DNA of 32,000 bases, taken from NCBI GenBank assembly GCA_039920285.1, contig JBDSDX010000001.1:90001-122000 (forward strand), given 5' to 3'. The notes beneath the pieces are model-generated. The model searched no databases, had not been told where the DNA came from, and was given only the letters and a program-made list of their open reading frames with translations. The position numbers and the translations under genes were made by a program. Source of the stretch: Candidatus Saccharimonadota bacterium (GTDB lineage Bacteria > Patescibacteriota > Saccharimonadia > Saccharimonadales > Saccharimonadaceae). Shown one piece after another: positions 23,327-31,748 of the stretch; positions within the stretch are counted from its first letter, which is position 1; every line of letters begins with the position of its first letter.

Positions 23327-25876
23327 GTGAAACTTGCTAAAGCCTACGACCCAAATCAATACGAACCAAACATCTACGCCCTGTGGGAGAAGAGTGGTGC
23401 TTTTAAACCGTCTGGAAAAGGCGAACCTTTTAGCACCATCATGCCGCCGCCAAATGCCAACGGTAATCTCCACATTGGCCACGCCCTTGATATGGGCCTC
23501 AAAGATATTATTGTTCGATACAAACGTATGCGCGGATTCGACACTATCTATATCCCTGGTGCGGACCACGCTGGGTTCGAAACATGGGTTGTGTATGAAC
23601 GTGAACTACAAAAGAAAAATCAAAGTCGTTTTGATTTCAGCCGCGAACAGCTCTATAGCCAAGTCTGGAACTTCGTCGAACAACAACGAGGGAACATGGA
23701 GCTCCAAATTCGAGCACTTGGTATTAGTGCTTCGTGGGATGATTCTTTCTTCACATTAGATGAAAGTGTCATTAAAAACGTCAACGGAACATTTAAAAAA
23801 CTCTGGGATGATGGTCTTATTTACAGAGGTGAACGCATCGTTAACTACAGTACAAAGTACCAAACGAGCTACGCTGACATCGAAGTAGATCACAAAACTG
23901 AAAAGGGAACGTTATGGCACATTGCCTATCCACTTCTTGATAAAATCGGTGAAATTGTCATTGCAACCAGCCGCCCAGAAACACTCTTTGGTGACACCGC
24001 AGTGGCCGTTAACCCCAACGACCCACGCTACAAAGAACTTATCGGTACACGTGTCCAATTACCATTAACTGACCGTGAGATTACCATCATTGCCGACGAC
24101 TATGTCGATCAGGCATTCGGGACCGGTGCCGTTAAAATCACACCCGCTCATGACCCCAACGATTTCGAAGTAGGGAAGCGTCACGACCTGGCCCGTATCC
24201 AAGTAATCGACTTCGATGGCCGCATGATCAACGTCCCGTCTGAATTCAATGGACTTGAAGTTGACGAAGCCCGCAAGAAAACGCTGGCTGCACTCCAAGC
24301 TCAAGAACTCATCCGTAAAGAAGAGCCCTACGAACATACCGTTGGATACGACTACAAGAGTGGTTTGCCTATTCAACCACTCATCAAGGATCAATGGTTC
24401 CTTAAGGTTGAATCACTTGCTCAAAAGGCGATTGAGGCCGTTGAGAATGGTGAAATCACTTTCTACCCAGCCAGTCGCAAACAAGTTCTGCTTCAATACC
24501 TCAAAAAACTCCACGACTGGAACCTGTCTCGACAAATCCCATGGGGGATTCCGATTCCTGCATTCCAAAATATGAATGATTCAAATGACTGGATCTTCGA
24601 CGAACGTGTCGACGAGAAGACGATTGTTGTTAATGGAACAACATATAAGCGAGAAGAAGATACGTTTGATACCTGGTTTAGCAGTGGTCAGCTACCCTTC
24701 ATCGTCACTGATGCCATCGATGGAGGTGAACTATCTCGCTTCTATCCAACTAGTTTTATGGAAACGGGGACCGATATTCTCGATCGTTGGATCGCTCGTA
24801 TGATCATGCTTGGCTTGTATACCACTGGTAAAGTACCGTTCAAAGACGTCTATCTCCACGGTATGGTACTCGACGAACACAGCCAAAAAATGAGCAAAAG
24901 CAAAGGCAATGTCGTTAATCCTATGGAAATCGTTGCATCTTACGGATCTGATGCTCTTCGTCTAGGACTTATCGCCAGTCGTAGCCCTGGTCAACACCAA
25001 GCATTTGGTAATGACCGCGTTGTCGCCGGTCGTAACTTCTGTAATAAACTCTGGAACGTTGCTCGTTTTGCGGAGACAAAACTCGGTGAAACCTATCGAC
25101 CTGGAACACCTGAGCCAAAATCACTTGCGGATCACTGGATTATCGGGGAACTTGCTACTGCCAAAGAAGCAATCGAACGCACACTCGACAGTTATCGTTT
25201 CTCCGAAGCTAGTGAAAGCATGTACCACGCCGTATGGGATAGTGTTGCCGACTGGTACATTGAAGCCTCGAAAGACCAAGACAATGCCGACCTCCTTGCT
25301 TGGGTACTCGATACTTGTCTCAAACTGGCTCACCCTTTTGCACCATTCGTCACCGAGACTATTTGGCAAACGCTTTCATGGCACGACTCACTCTTAATCA
25401 GCGAAAGCTGGCCAGAAATGATCACTTACGACGCCATTGCGGCTGCTGAATTCGGTCGCGTCCAAGAACTCGTCACCGAAGCTCGATTTATCACTACCTC
25501 TCTGCCTGGAAATGAAAAATACGGACTCCTTTACCAAGACGATAGCCTCATCGAAGACAACAAAGATCTCATCAAACGACTTGCGAAACTGACGAGTGTT
25601 ACCGCTGTTGATCAAGCCCGTGGGCTTCGTCTTGCTAACAGTGGCCGCGATGCCTGGCTCGACGTCTCAGAGGATACTTTGGATGAGCATGAAACAAATC
25701 TTGAAGCGCGTCTCGCTGTTGCCCACGGAGACATTAAAGCACTTGAAGGCCGTCTCAAAAATTCAAATTACATCGAAAAAGCCCCAGCTGCTTTAGTTGA
25801 GGAAACGAAAAAGCAATTAGAAGAAAAACAAGCCCTGGTTACAAGGCTTGCTGAAGAGTTAACAATTCTTCGTTAA
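23327..25876 (+). CDS. valS: valyl-tRNA synthetase
   Basis: HIGH motif (PPPNANGNLHIGHAL), KMSKS, a class Ia editing-domain layout, and a C-terminal coiled coil. 849 aa. GTG start. Confidence 0.97.
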   Translation: MKLAKAYDPNQYEPNIYALWEKSGAFKPSGKGEPFSTIMPPPNANGNLHIGHALDMGLKDIIVRYKRMRGFDTIYIPGADHAGFETWVVYERELQKKNQSRFDFSREQLYSQVWNFVEQQRGNMELQIRALGISASWDDSFFTLDESVIKNVNGTFKKLWDDGLIYRGERIVNYSTKYQTSYADIEVDHKTEKGTLWHIAYPLLDKIGEIVIATSRPETLFGDTAVAVNPNDPRYKELIGTRVQLPLTDREITIIADDYVDQAFGTGAVKITPAHDPNDFEVGKRHDLARIQVIDFDGRMINVPSEFNGLEVDEARKKTLAALQAQELIRKEEPYEHTVGYDYKSGLPIQPLIKDQWFLKVESLAQKAIEAVENGEITFYPASRKQVLLQYLKKLHDWNLSRQIPWGIPIPAFQNMNDSNDWIFDERVDEKTIVVNGTTYKREEDTFDTWFSSGQLPFIVTDAIDGGELSRFYPTSFMETGTDILDRWIARMIMLGLYTTGKVPFKDVYLHGMVLDEHSQKMSKSKGNVVNPMEIVASYGSDALRLGLIASRSPGQHQAFGNDRVVAGRNFCNKLWNVARFAETKLGETYRPGTPEPKSLADHWIIGELATAKEAIERTLDSYRFSEASESMYHAVWDSVADWYIEASKDQDNADLLAWVLDTCLKLAHPFAPFVTETIWQTLSWHDSLLISESWPEMITYDAIAAAEFGRVQELVTEARFITTSLPGNEKYGLLYQDDSLIEDNKDLIKRLAKLTSVTAVDQARGLRLANSGRDAWLDVSEDTLDEHETNLEARLAVAHGDIKALEGRLKNSNYIEKAPAALVEETKKQLEEKQALVTRLAEELTILR

Positions 25877-26205
25877 ACTGATGGCCAAAGGTAACCGTTA
25901 TAGTTACTTCCGAAATTTACTTTTTTAGACTGAATATAGTGATGGTCGTCTTCATCACGAGGTTGAATGCGGGGAACCGATCGAATCAGACTCGCTAAAT
26001 GAGTCGATGTTGAAAATCGTTCGACGTGTATGTGATCATCACTCAGTCTCGTCGCCGTATCAAGGGCTGCAAAGGTTGCATACGATGCCGGCACAACGAC
26101 CGCAAGGGTTGTCGCACGGTCAATCTGTGTATCATGCACCAAGACACCGAACGTGGTGACGAGGGTGAATACGAGTGGAAGTGGGTTTATGAGTGCTGGT
26201 AACAT
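25873..26205 (-). CDS. hypothetical small membrane or secreted protein
   Basis: 110-aa ORF with a hydrophobic N-terminus (LPALINPLPLVFTLVTTFGVLV). I recognised no family. Its stop overlaps the valS stop (TTAA). Confidence 0.45.
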   Translation of the reverse strand: MLPALINPLPLVFTLVTTFGVLVHDTQIDRATTLAVVVPASYATFAALDTATRLSDDHIHVERFSTSTHLASLIRSVPRIQPRDEDDHHYIQSKKVNFGSNYNGYLWPSV

Positions 26206-26285
26206 ATGTGTGTGTTTTATTTATGAACTCTTCATAGACTAGCATAAGCTTGATGTTTTGTCAATGAGGTGTCACGAGCGAAATA

Positions 26286-26744
26286 TTATTCGTGGTGATA
26301 CTGGCCGCCGTCAGCGATTTGCTGGGCACGGTATAGCTGTTCAATTAAGATAAGTCGGACCAACTGATGAGGAAATACGAGGGGTGAGAGTGACCAAACA
26401 AGATTCGCCCGATCATGGACTGAGTCATCAACTCCGTACGCACCTCCAATAATCAGCACCACGTTCTCGGAGCGATCCAAATGCGTTTCGAGTAGTACTG
26501 AAAGTCCGGGGGAATCCAGTGCTTTACCCCTTTCATCAAGTAAGACAACAAAAGCACGAGCATCAAGCCGTGAAAGTATACGCTCAGACTCTTCCTGACG
26601 CGCTCTGACCCCATCGAACGATGAATGAGCCATAAGTACCCATTCCACTAAAAAAGGTGCTTTTAAACGCTTCTGGTACCGTTCAATGCCGGTCGCAACC
26701 CAGTCTTCGTGTTTCTTTCCGATAGCAATGATAGTCAGTGGCAT
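26286..26744 (-). CDS. rlmH: 23S rRNA (pseudouridine1915-N3)-methyltransferase
   Basis: SPOUT RlmH pattern: MPLTIIAIGKK..., IIGGAYGV, LSPLVFPHQLVRLILIEQLYRA. I took the start at the ATG at 26744. TAGTAT lies 8 nt upstream. Confidence 0.88.
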   Translation of the reverse strand: MPLTIIAIGKKHEDWVATGIERYQKRLKAPFLVEWVLMAHSSFDGVRARQEESERILSRLDARAFVVLLDERGKALDSPGLSVLLETHLDRSENVVLIIGGAYGVDDSVHDRANLVWSLSPLVFPHQLVRLILIEQLYRAQQIADGGQYHHE

Positions 26745-26805
26745 ATTGGCCCATACTATCATTTTTGCGTTTTTCTATCCCGCTTGTGCTATTCTAGCGA
26801 CAACT

Positions 26806-27384
26806 ATGGCTGAATTGCCCTATAAACAAACACTCGAAAAACTCACGACTCACCACCCATCATCCAGCGAGCTAGTGCTGGCTGCAGCCACAATTTTTGA
26901 TCAACTTGACGAACGCGGCTGGGACCTTCAAAGAGGTGAAAATATAAGCAAAGGTATTGTATTTGAAGCGAGCCCGCCCGTATTAGATCCTGAAAACCCT
27001 CACGCACTTCGACTCGAAAAATTAGCCATTCATTTTCGACAAGCAGCCTTCATGCTAACGTTGCAACATATTTCTCCTCAGCCACCCCTCCCGCACGTCG
27101 GAACCACACCATTGAGAAATTATCCTACCGTAAGTTTTACTGCAGGCTGGAACCCGTACAATCGAGTTGAATTAGTGAATAGAGATACAGGTGAAACGAG
27201 AGACTGGCCAGAGTTCTACTCATCGATCAATGTCAAAGACCGTATTGGACGTCCCAGTATTGCGACTGAGCGTCAAAACGGTACTGAAGAATTTTCAGCG
27301 TTGTTCTTCGAAGCAACGGCTCAACTTGGCCTCTACGATCGTGCGCAAAACAGACAAGCTGAACAATTTGGTCTTACAGGCTAA
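26806..27384 (+). CDS. hypothetical protein
   Basis: 192-aa ORF from the ATG at 26806 (MAELPYKQT...). The track's 5' extension overlaps rlmH. An extended -10-like TGcTATTCT lies 10 nt upstream. I recognised no family. Confidence 0.5.
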   Translation: MAELPYKQTLEKLTTHHPSSSELVLAAATIFDQLDERGWDLQRGENISKGIVFEASPPVLDPENPHALRLEKLAIHFRQAAFMLTLQHISPQPPLPHVGTTPLRNYPTVSFTAGWNPYNRVELVNRDTGETRDWPEFYSSINVKDRIGRPSIATERQNGTEEFSALFFEATAQLGLYDRAQNRQAEQFGLTG

Positions 27385-27766
27385 GGCGTTCGGCTAAAGC
27401 AGCGAGTGTCGCATGATCAGGTTCGTCGTTCATATCAGGTTGATTTTCGAACTGTTCAACCGTCGTAAAGGGAATGAGTTGAACGTGCGCGTGTGGCACA
27501 TCAACACCGACAACTCGCTCTCCAACTCGAGGAACTCCTAATGTTTCACGCAGGTGAAGTGCTATTTTTTTAGTTGCAGCCATCAATGCTTGATACTCGA
27601 CATCTTCAAGGTCCCACACAAACTCCACCTGTTTTTTTGGAATAACGAGCGTGTGACCCTCGTTCACAGGGTGAATATCCAGAAACGCCAAGACGTGGTC
27701 ATCCTCATAGATCTTATGTGACGGGATTTCTCCTTTGATAATCTTTGTAAAAATAGTATCTTCCAT
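27374..27766 (-). CDS. HIT-family nucleotide hydrolase/transferase (variant triad HAHVQ)
   Basis: IFTKIIKGEIPSHKIYEDDHVLAFLDIHPVNEGHTLVIPK..., with a triad region DVPHAHVQLIPF. Confidence 0.85.
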   Translation of the reverse strand: MEDTIFTKIIKGEIPSHKIYEDDHVLAFLDIHPVNEGHTLVIPKKQVEFVWDLEDVEYQALMAATKKIALHLRETLGVPRVGERVVGVDVPHAHVQLIPFTTVEQFENQPDMNDEPDHATLAALAERLSL

Positions 27767-27772
27767 ATACCT

Positions 27773-27778
27773 ATTGTA
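27773..27778 (-). promoter_or_regulatory. -10 TACAAT 6 nt upstream of the HIT ATG (putative leaderless)
   Basis: The minus strand reads ggggTACAATaggtatATG. Confidence 0.4.
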
Positions 27779-27851
27779 CCCCAGTTAGGTCGATTGACTT
27801 TTGAAAGCACGAGCGGTATAGTTTTTGTAACATTAGTGCACCAATATAAAC

Positions 27852-29483
27852 ATGCCTCACAAAGTTCCCACCTCTCATAAAACACCTCCATCAGTCCGCG
27901 CCGATCTTAACACGTCGAGTGCAATTCAAGCACTTGCTCGAATTCGTGTGCCTGGTGTCGGTGTTCACCCAAGTCGGGGAACGAACTTCAACAATACCTT
28001 GTTTGGACGAGATTCAGCGATTACCTCGCGAGAACTATTGGATCATGACCCAGAAGTAGCGCATGATGCAATTTTGGCGCTTGCGACGTTGCAGGGGACC
28101 GGATATCAAGATTCCACAGACGAAGAACCTGGCCGTATTCACCACGAAAACCGTGAATTCTCCGAATGGCATGCTCCTTTTCGCAACAAAACAACACGAT
28201 TAGCAGCTTCCATCATCTGGGGTGGAACCACCCAAGAAATGAACACCTACTTTTCAATGGATTCGACGCCACTCTATGTATTAATGGTTGCGGACTACGC
28301 AAAAAAATTCCCTTCAATCCTCGATGAAGTCGTGACGCAACGAAATGGCGAATACGCGTCAATTAAACAAAGCCTCATTGCCGCTGCAGACTGGATGGTG
28401 AGCCATATTACCAGTGAAGGCTTAGTAGAAATTGCCCGTCACAACAAATACGGGTTAACTCATCAGACTTGGAAAGATTCATTAACCAGCTATATCCACG
28501 AGAATGGTGATTCACTCAACCTTTCACAACCAATCGCGTACATTGAAGTTCAATCACTCGTCGTTGATGCGTTATCACGCGCTTCAGACACCCTTGAAGA
28601 AGATCATCCAGAGAAAGCAGCAGAGTGGTGGAGCAAGGCAGCTCTCATCTCGCAATCAACCATTCGACGTTTCTGGGATGAAAAAGACGATTATTTTGTC
28701 TCGTCAATGGACCGTAATACGTCTGGTGAACTCCGTAAAGATGGCGTCGAACAATCTGACCCAGGTTGGATGCTTAACAGCGCTATCTTTGATGGCTTAC
28801 CAGAAGACAAACGTCAAAAATTCGTCACCGCAATTACCCGACAGCTCTTTTCTCCTCATTTCTTAACCGACGCAGGCATCCGGAGTCGATCGGTTAAGTA
28901 TATTCATAGTCTGCCAGTCGCTGACTACCACGGTGCGTACACAACCTGGCCACTCGATACGTATTTTTTTGCCAAAGGGCTTCGTCGCCAAGGTTTACCT
29001 CGTTTAGCAGAGCAACTTGAGTCGCGCATTCTCAACGCCGTGAACATCTCAGGGGAATTCTTCGAATTTTATTACGTCGAACCAGACGGCACAGTCCTCT
29101 TGAACCCTGATGCGGCCCGTAAGAAACTGCCCGGTGCAAAGAATCTTCCTGCCCAGTTCTACCCTGAAGAAGGTTTTGGATGGACTATTATTGCAGCGCT
29201 CGTGATCAAGCATCGCAACACCCATCGTCATCGTCGACAGGAAGACCCTTCAGCATGGCAAACAGTACTCGAAGACAATATTTTGTCAGAAATTAAACAT
29301 ATTTCACCGATAAAAACAGTCGAAGAGCTCCAAGCTCGATTTAAATCGAATCCAGGCGTCTATCTCGATTTTAGTAAAGGGATGGCGCAGACTATGAAAT
29401 CTGTCTGGGAAGCCTTCCGTCCTCGTTTACCTCAAAAACAGCGGAAACTTGCTGGTCACGCTGTTCGAATGCATACTGTTTAA
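27852..29483 (+). CDS. amylo-alpha-1,6-glucosidase / glycogen debranching enzyme-like (GDE_C, six-hairpin glycosidase)
   Basis: LFGRDSAITS, PGRIHHE and THQTWKDS match the conserved GDE_C pattern (FGRD, G.I.HE, Q.WKDS). 543 aa. Confidence 0.78.
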   Translation: MPHKVPTSHKTPPSVRADLNTSSAIQALARIRVPGVGVHPSRGTNFNNTLFGRDSAITSRELLDHDPEVAHDAILALATLQGTGYQDSTDEEPGRIHHENREFSEWHAPFRNKTTRLAASIIWGGTTQEMNTYFSMDSTPLYVLMVADYAKKFPSILDEVVTQRNGEYASIKQSLIAAADWMVSHITSEGLVEIARHNKYGLTHQTWKDSLTSYIHENGDSLNLSQPIAYIEVQSLVVDALSRASDTLEEDHPEKAAEWWSKAALISQSTIRRFWDEKDDYFVSSMDRNTSGELRKDGVEQSDPGWMLNSAIFDGLPEDKRQKFVTAITRQLFSPHFLTDAGIRSRSVKYIHSLPVADYHGAYTTWPLDTYFFAKGLRRQGLPRLAEQLESRILNAVNISGEFFEFYYVEPDGTVLLNPDAARKKLPGAKNLPAQFYPEEGFGWTIIAALVIKHRNTHRHRRQEDPSAWQTVLEDNILSEIKHISPIKTVEELQARFKSNPGVYLDFSKGMAQTMKSVWEAFRPRLPQKQRKLAGHAVRMHTV

Positions 29484-29509
29484 AGAAAACGAGCCCTACG
29501 CGAAGGCTC
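29482..29509 (-). terminator. putative terminator after tRNA-Ser(CGA)
   Basis: The minus strand reads GAGCC-ttcgcgtag-GGCTC followed by GTTTTCTTT. Confidence 0.45.
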
Positions 29510-29516
29510 ATGTTCA

Positions 29517-29604
29517 TGGCGGAGAGAGAGGGATTCGAACCCTCGATGGGTTGCCCCATACCGCTTTTCGAGAGCGGCCAGTTCAACCACTCCTGCACCT
29601 CTCC
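29517..29604 (-). tRNA. tRNA-Ser (anticodon CGA), CCA encoded
   Basis: Hand-folded sequence GGAGAGG-T-GCAGGAGTGGTTGAACTGGC...CCGCT-CTCGAAA-AGCGG, then a long variable arm, then GAGGG-TTCGAAT-CCCTC-TCTCTCC-G-CCA. 88 nt. Confidence 0.95.
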
Positions 29605-29644
29605 ATTCGCTATATTGTATCAAAATAGGGGATATGTTTATGTA

Positions 29645-29674
29645 TTGCCTGAGGTTTTGCTTATGGGGTATAAT
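29645..29674 (+). promoter_or_regulatory. putative promoter (-35 TTGCCT, 18 nt, -10 TATAAT)
   Basis: TTGCCT at 29645-29650 and TATAAT at 29669-29674, followed by SD AGGAGG at 29689-29694. Confidence 0.5.
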
Positions 29675-29698
29675 TCGAGATAGTAATTAGGAGGTTCT

Positions 29699-30502
29699 AT
29701 GGTAGAAACAAAATCAAATCATGAAAGCAACGCACCCGTTCACGCACCAGCACCAGTTGTTGGTCCAGCGGTTCAGCACGCGTCAAATGGCCTCGCCATT
29801 GGTTCGCTCGTCACGGGAATCGTCGCGTTTGTCTTCGGTTGGGTATTCATTTTCGGATTCCTCGTCGGAGCAACAGCAATCGTTCTCGGTGCTCTTGCAC
29901 TCAAGAAGCCGGGTGGCAAAGGCATGTCAATCGCTGGTATTATCACTGGTGGAATTGGTGCGCTCTGGAGCATCGTCATCTCAGTCCTCTTTGTGATCGC
30001 AATCGTCGTTGGTGGCGCTGGAGCGGGTACTACTATCAAGGCTGCGAATAATGCGCTTGATCAGTACAACAAAGATAACCAAACATTGATCGACGCAAAG
30101 AAAGACTTCGCAAAGGGTTCAACAGCAACTCTTGGGCAATTCGAAGTGAAGATCAACTCTGTCCAACGTAACTATGTTCCTGAGAACAAATATCAGGCAG
30201 CATCAGACGGTAAAGAGCTGATTGTCCTCAACATCACTGCTAAAAACGTCGGTTCCGAGAGCAAGTACTTGAGCTCATACGACTTGAAGATCAACGACGC
30301 TGGTGTTGCGAACTCATCTTCATACCTAGACGTCACACCAAGCCTTACTTCAGGAGATATCTCTGCTGGTGCTTCAACCACCGGTAACGTCGTCTTCGAA
30401 GTAGCGAAAGACGCGACTGGTTTAAAACTCCAATACGAACTTGTTGTCTATGACCTCAAGGGTGGAGAAGCGAAGACTTTGACTTACAGCCTTGCTGTTT
30501 AG
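29699..30502 (+). CDS. membrane protein with DUF4190-like N-terminal TM region and DUF4352-like extracellular beta domain
   Basis: The Gly/Ile-rich TM helices (GLAIGSLVTGIVAFVFGW..., GIITGGIGALWSIV) are typical of DUF4190. The C-terminal FEVKINSVQRNY...LIVLNITAKNVG...GNVVFEV resembles the DUF4352 Ig-like fold. Confidence 0.72.
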   Translation: MVETKSNHESNAPVHAPAPVVGPAVQHASNGLAIGSLVTGIVAFVFGWVFIFGFLVGATAIVLGALALKKPGGKGMSIAGIITGGIGALWSIVISVLFVIAIVVGGAGAGTTIKAANNALDQYNKDNQTLIDAKKDFAKGSTATLGQFEVKINSVQRNYVPENKYQAASDGKELIVLNITAKNVGSESKYLSSYDLKINDAGVANSSSYLDVTPSLTSGDISAGASTTGNVVFEVAKDATGLKLQYELVVYDLKGGEAKTLTYSLAV

Positions 30503-30516
30503 TCTCCGTACATAAT

Positions 30517-30548
30517 AAATAAAAGCCCCATAACGGGGCTTTTATTTA
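30517..30548. terminator. bidirectional intrinsic terminator
   Basis: AAATAAAAGCCCC-ataac-GGGGCTTTTATTTATT, between convergent genes. Confidence 0.8.
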
Positions 30549-30550
30549 TT

Positions 30551-31078
30551 CTAGCGATTCAAATATTGCAGAAGTAATACCAGCGCTTCACGAAGGACAT
30601 ACTTCGCAGGGTGCCCTTCATCGATACGCCTCATTACTTCACCAGGTGTCAGCCATTCACCACCGACGAAATCTTCAGAGTTTAAGCGAGGGGTATCATC
30701 TTGGCGTAAAAGAAACGTCCTCATCTTGTAGCGAATTGCCTCAGAAGTCACATTCATAACTACTTCGAGTTCAATCTGGGAGAGATCCATACCTAACTCT
30801 TCACGCGCTTCGCGAATAATACCCGCGAGGTAATCTTCACCTGTGACAACATGTCCCGCTGCAGCGAAATCATACCCATTTGGGGCAATTGTTTTATCTG
30901 CCGTACGGATTGGAGTGAAAAGTTCACCCTTGCTGTTCAATATAAATAGCTGTGAAGCGCGGATATAGCCTTTTTTATTAACCATAAGGTCAGAATAGTT
31001 CTTTCGGTTGATCGTTCCGATCACTTCGTCATTTTCGTCCACTAAATCAACAACTTCATCATCCATAGGCTTCATCAT
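30551..31078 (-). CDS. NUDIX hydrolase (Idi/YfcD-like architecture)
   Basis: Nudix box GHVVTGEDYLAGIIREAREELGM (Gx5Ex7REUxEExGU). Confidence 0.85.
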   Translation of the reverse strand: MMKPMDDEVVDLVDENDEVIGTINRKNYSDLMVNKKGYIRASQLFILNSKGELFTPIRTADKTIAPNGYDFAAAGHVVTGEDYLAGIIREAREELGMDLSQIELEVVMNVTSEAIRYKMRTFLLRQDDTPRLNSEDFVGGEWLTPGEVMRRIDEGHPAKYVLREALVLLLQYLNR

Positions 31079-31093
31079 AGCAGATTTAAAGGG

Positions 31094-31495
31094 TTATTTC
31101 ACGAATCCAACGAAACGAAATAGGTCATGAAGCCCAAAAATAAGCGTGTCCATTGCATCGGCTTCATCGATCGTCATCCACTTGTATTCGGAGTGCGCGC
31201 TTTCCTCTAGGACAACGTCGTGAGGTTCTGTAATAACAACTCGATACGTGACATAAGTAAAAGGATTACCTTCGCTTGAGGTAAACTCATACTCGCCGAG
31301 TAGCTCAAATGCTTCATCGCTCGCCTGATACCCGGTCTCCTCGAATAATTCTCGACTTATTGCAGCGAGGTCGGTCTCGTCAGATTCGACTTTGCCACCA
31401 GGCAACCCCCAAGTACCCCCTTCAGGTTTGTGAAGGCGGCGATGCACGAGGACAAATGTGCCATCATGCTCAAGGAAACAACCAGCGACTCTCAT
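31094..31495 (-). CDS. NUDIX hydrolase (MutT-like, small)
   Basis: Nudix box GGKVESDETDLAAISRELFEETGY. I took the start at the ATG at 31495 (MRVAGCF...). The track start is a TTG at 31513. Confidence 0.8.
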   Translation of the reverse strand: MRVAGCFLEHDGTFVLVHRRLHKPEGGTWGLPGGKVESDETDLAAISRELFEETGYQASDEAFELLGEYEFTSSEGNPFTYVTYRVVITEPHDVVLEESAHSEYKWMTIDEADAMDTLIFGLHDLFRFVGFVK

Positions 31496-31501
31496 CAGCT
31501 C

Positions 31502-31507
31502 ATAATA
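31502..31507 (-). promoter_or_regulatory. -10 TATTAT 6 nt upstream of the NUDIX ATG (putative leaderless)
   Basis: The minus strand reads tttTATTATgagctgATG, immediately after the tRNA-Arg terminator. Confidence 0.4.
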
Positions 31508-31538
31508 AAACAAAAACTACCTCTATAGAAGAGGTAGT
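31507..31538 (-). terminator. intrinsic terminator after tRNA-Arg
   Basis: The minus strand reads ACTACCTCT-tctat-AGAGGTAGT followed by TTTTGTTTT. Confidence 0.7.
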
Positions 31539-31547
31539 TAATAAATT

Positions 31548-31624
31548 TGGTACACCCGGCGCGATTCGAACGCACGACCTTCGGCTCCGCAAGCCGACGC
31601 TCTATCCAGCTGAGCTACGGGTGC
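31548..31624 (-). tRNA. tRNA-Arg (anticodon GCG), CCA encoded
   Basis: Hand-folded sequence GCACCCG-TA-GCTC-AGCTGGATA-GAGC-G-TCGGC-TTGCGGA-GCCGA-AGGTC-GTGCG-TTCGAAT-CGCGC-CGGGTGT-A-CCA. 77 nt. Confidence 0.92.
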
Positions 31625-31748
31625 ATATATACAACCCGTTGTCTTAAGAACAACGGGCTATATTATTGTAACTAGAAGGTGCTTTCTACTCACTAGAAAG
31701 CGAGCGAACAAAGGCCATTGTACCATAGCGAGAAGGGAAAAACTACTC

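Noticed and set aside
29721-30051. Alternative-frame ORFs (29721-29996, 29773-30039, 29839-30051) within the DUF4190-like gene.
   Set aside because: The region encodes Gly/Ala/Ile-rich TM helices, which leave other frames open. Only the 29699 frame has a promoter, an AGGAGG SD and a coherent domain structure.
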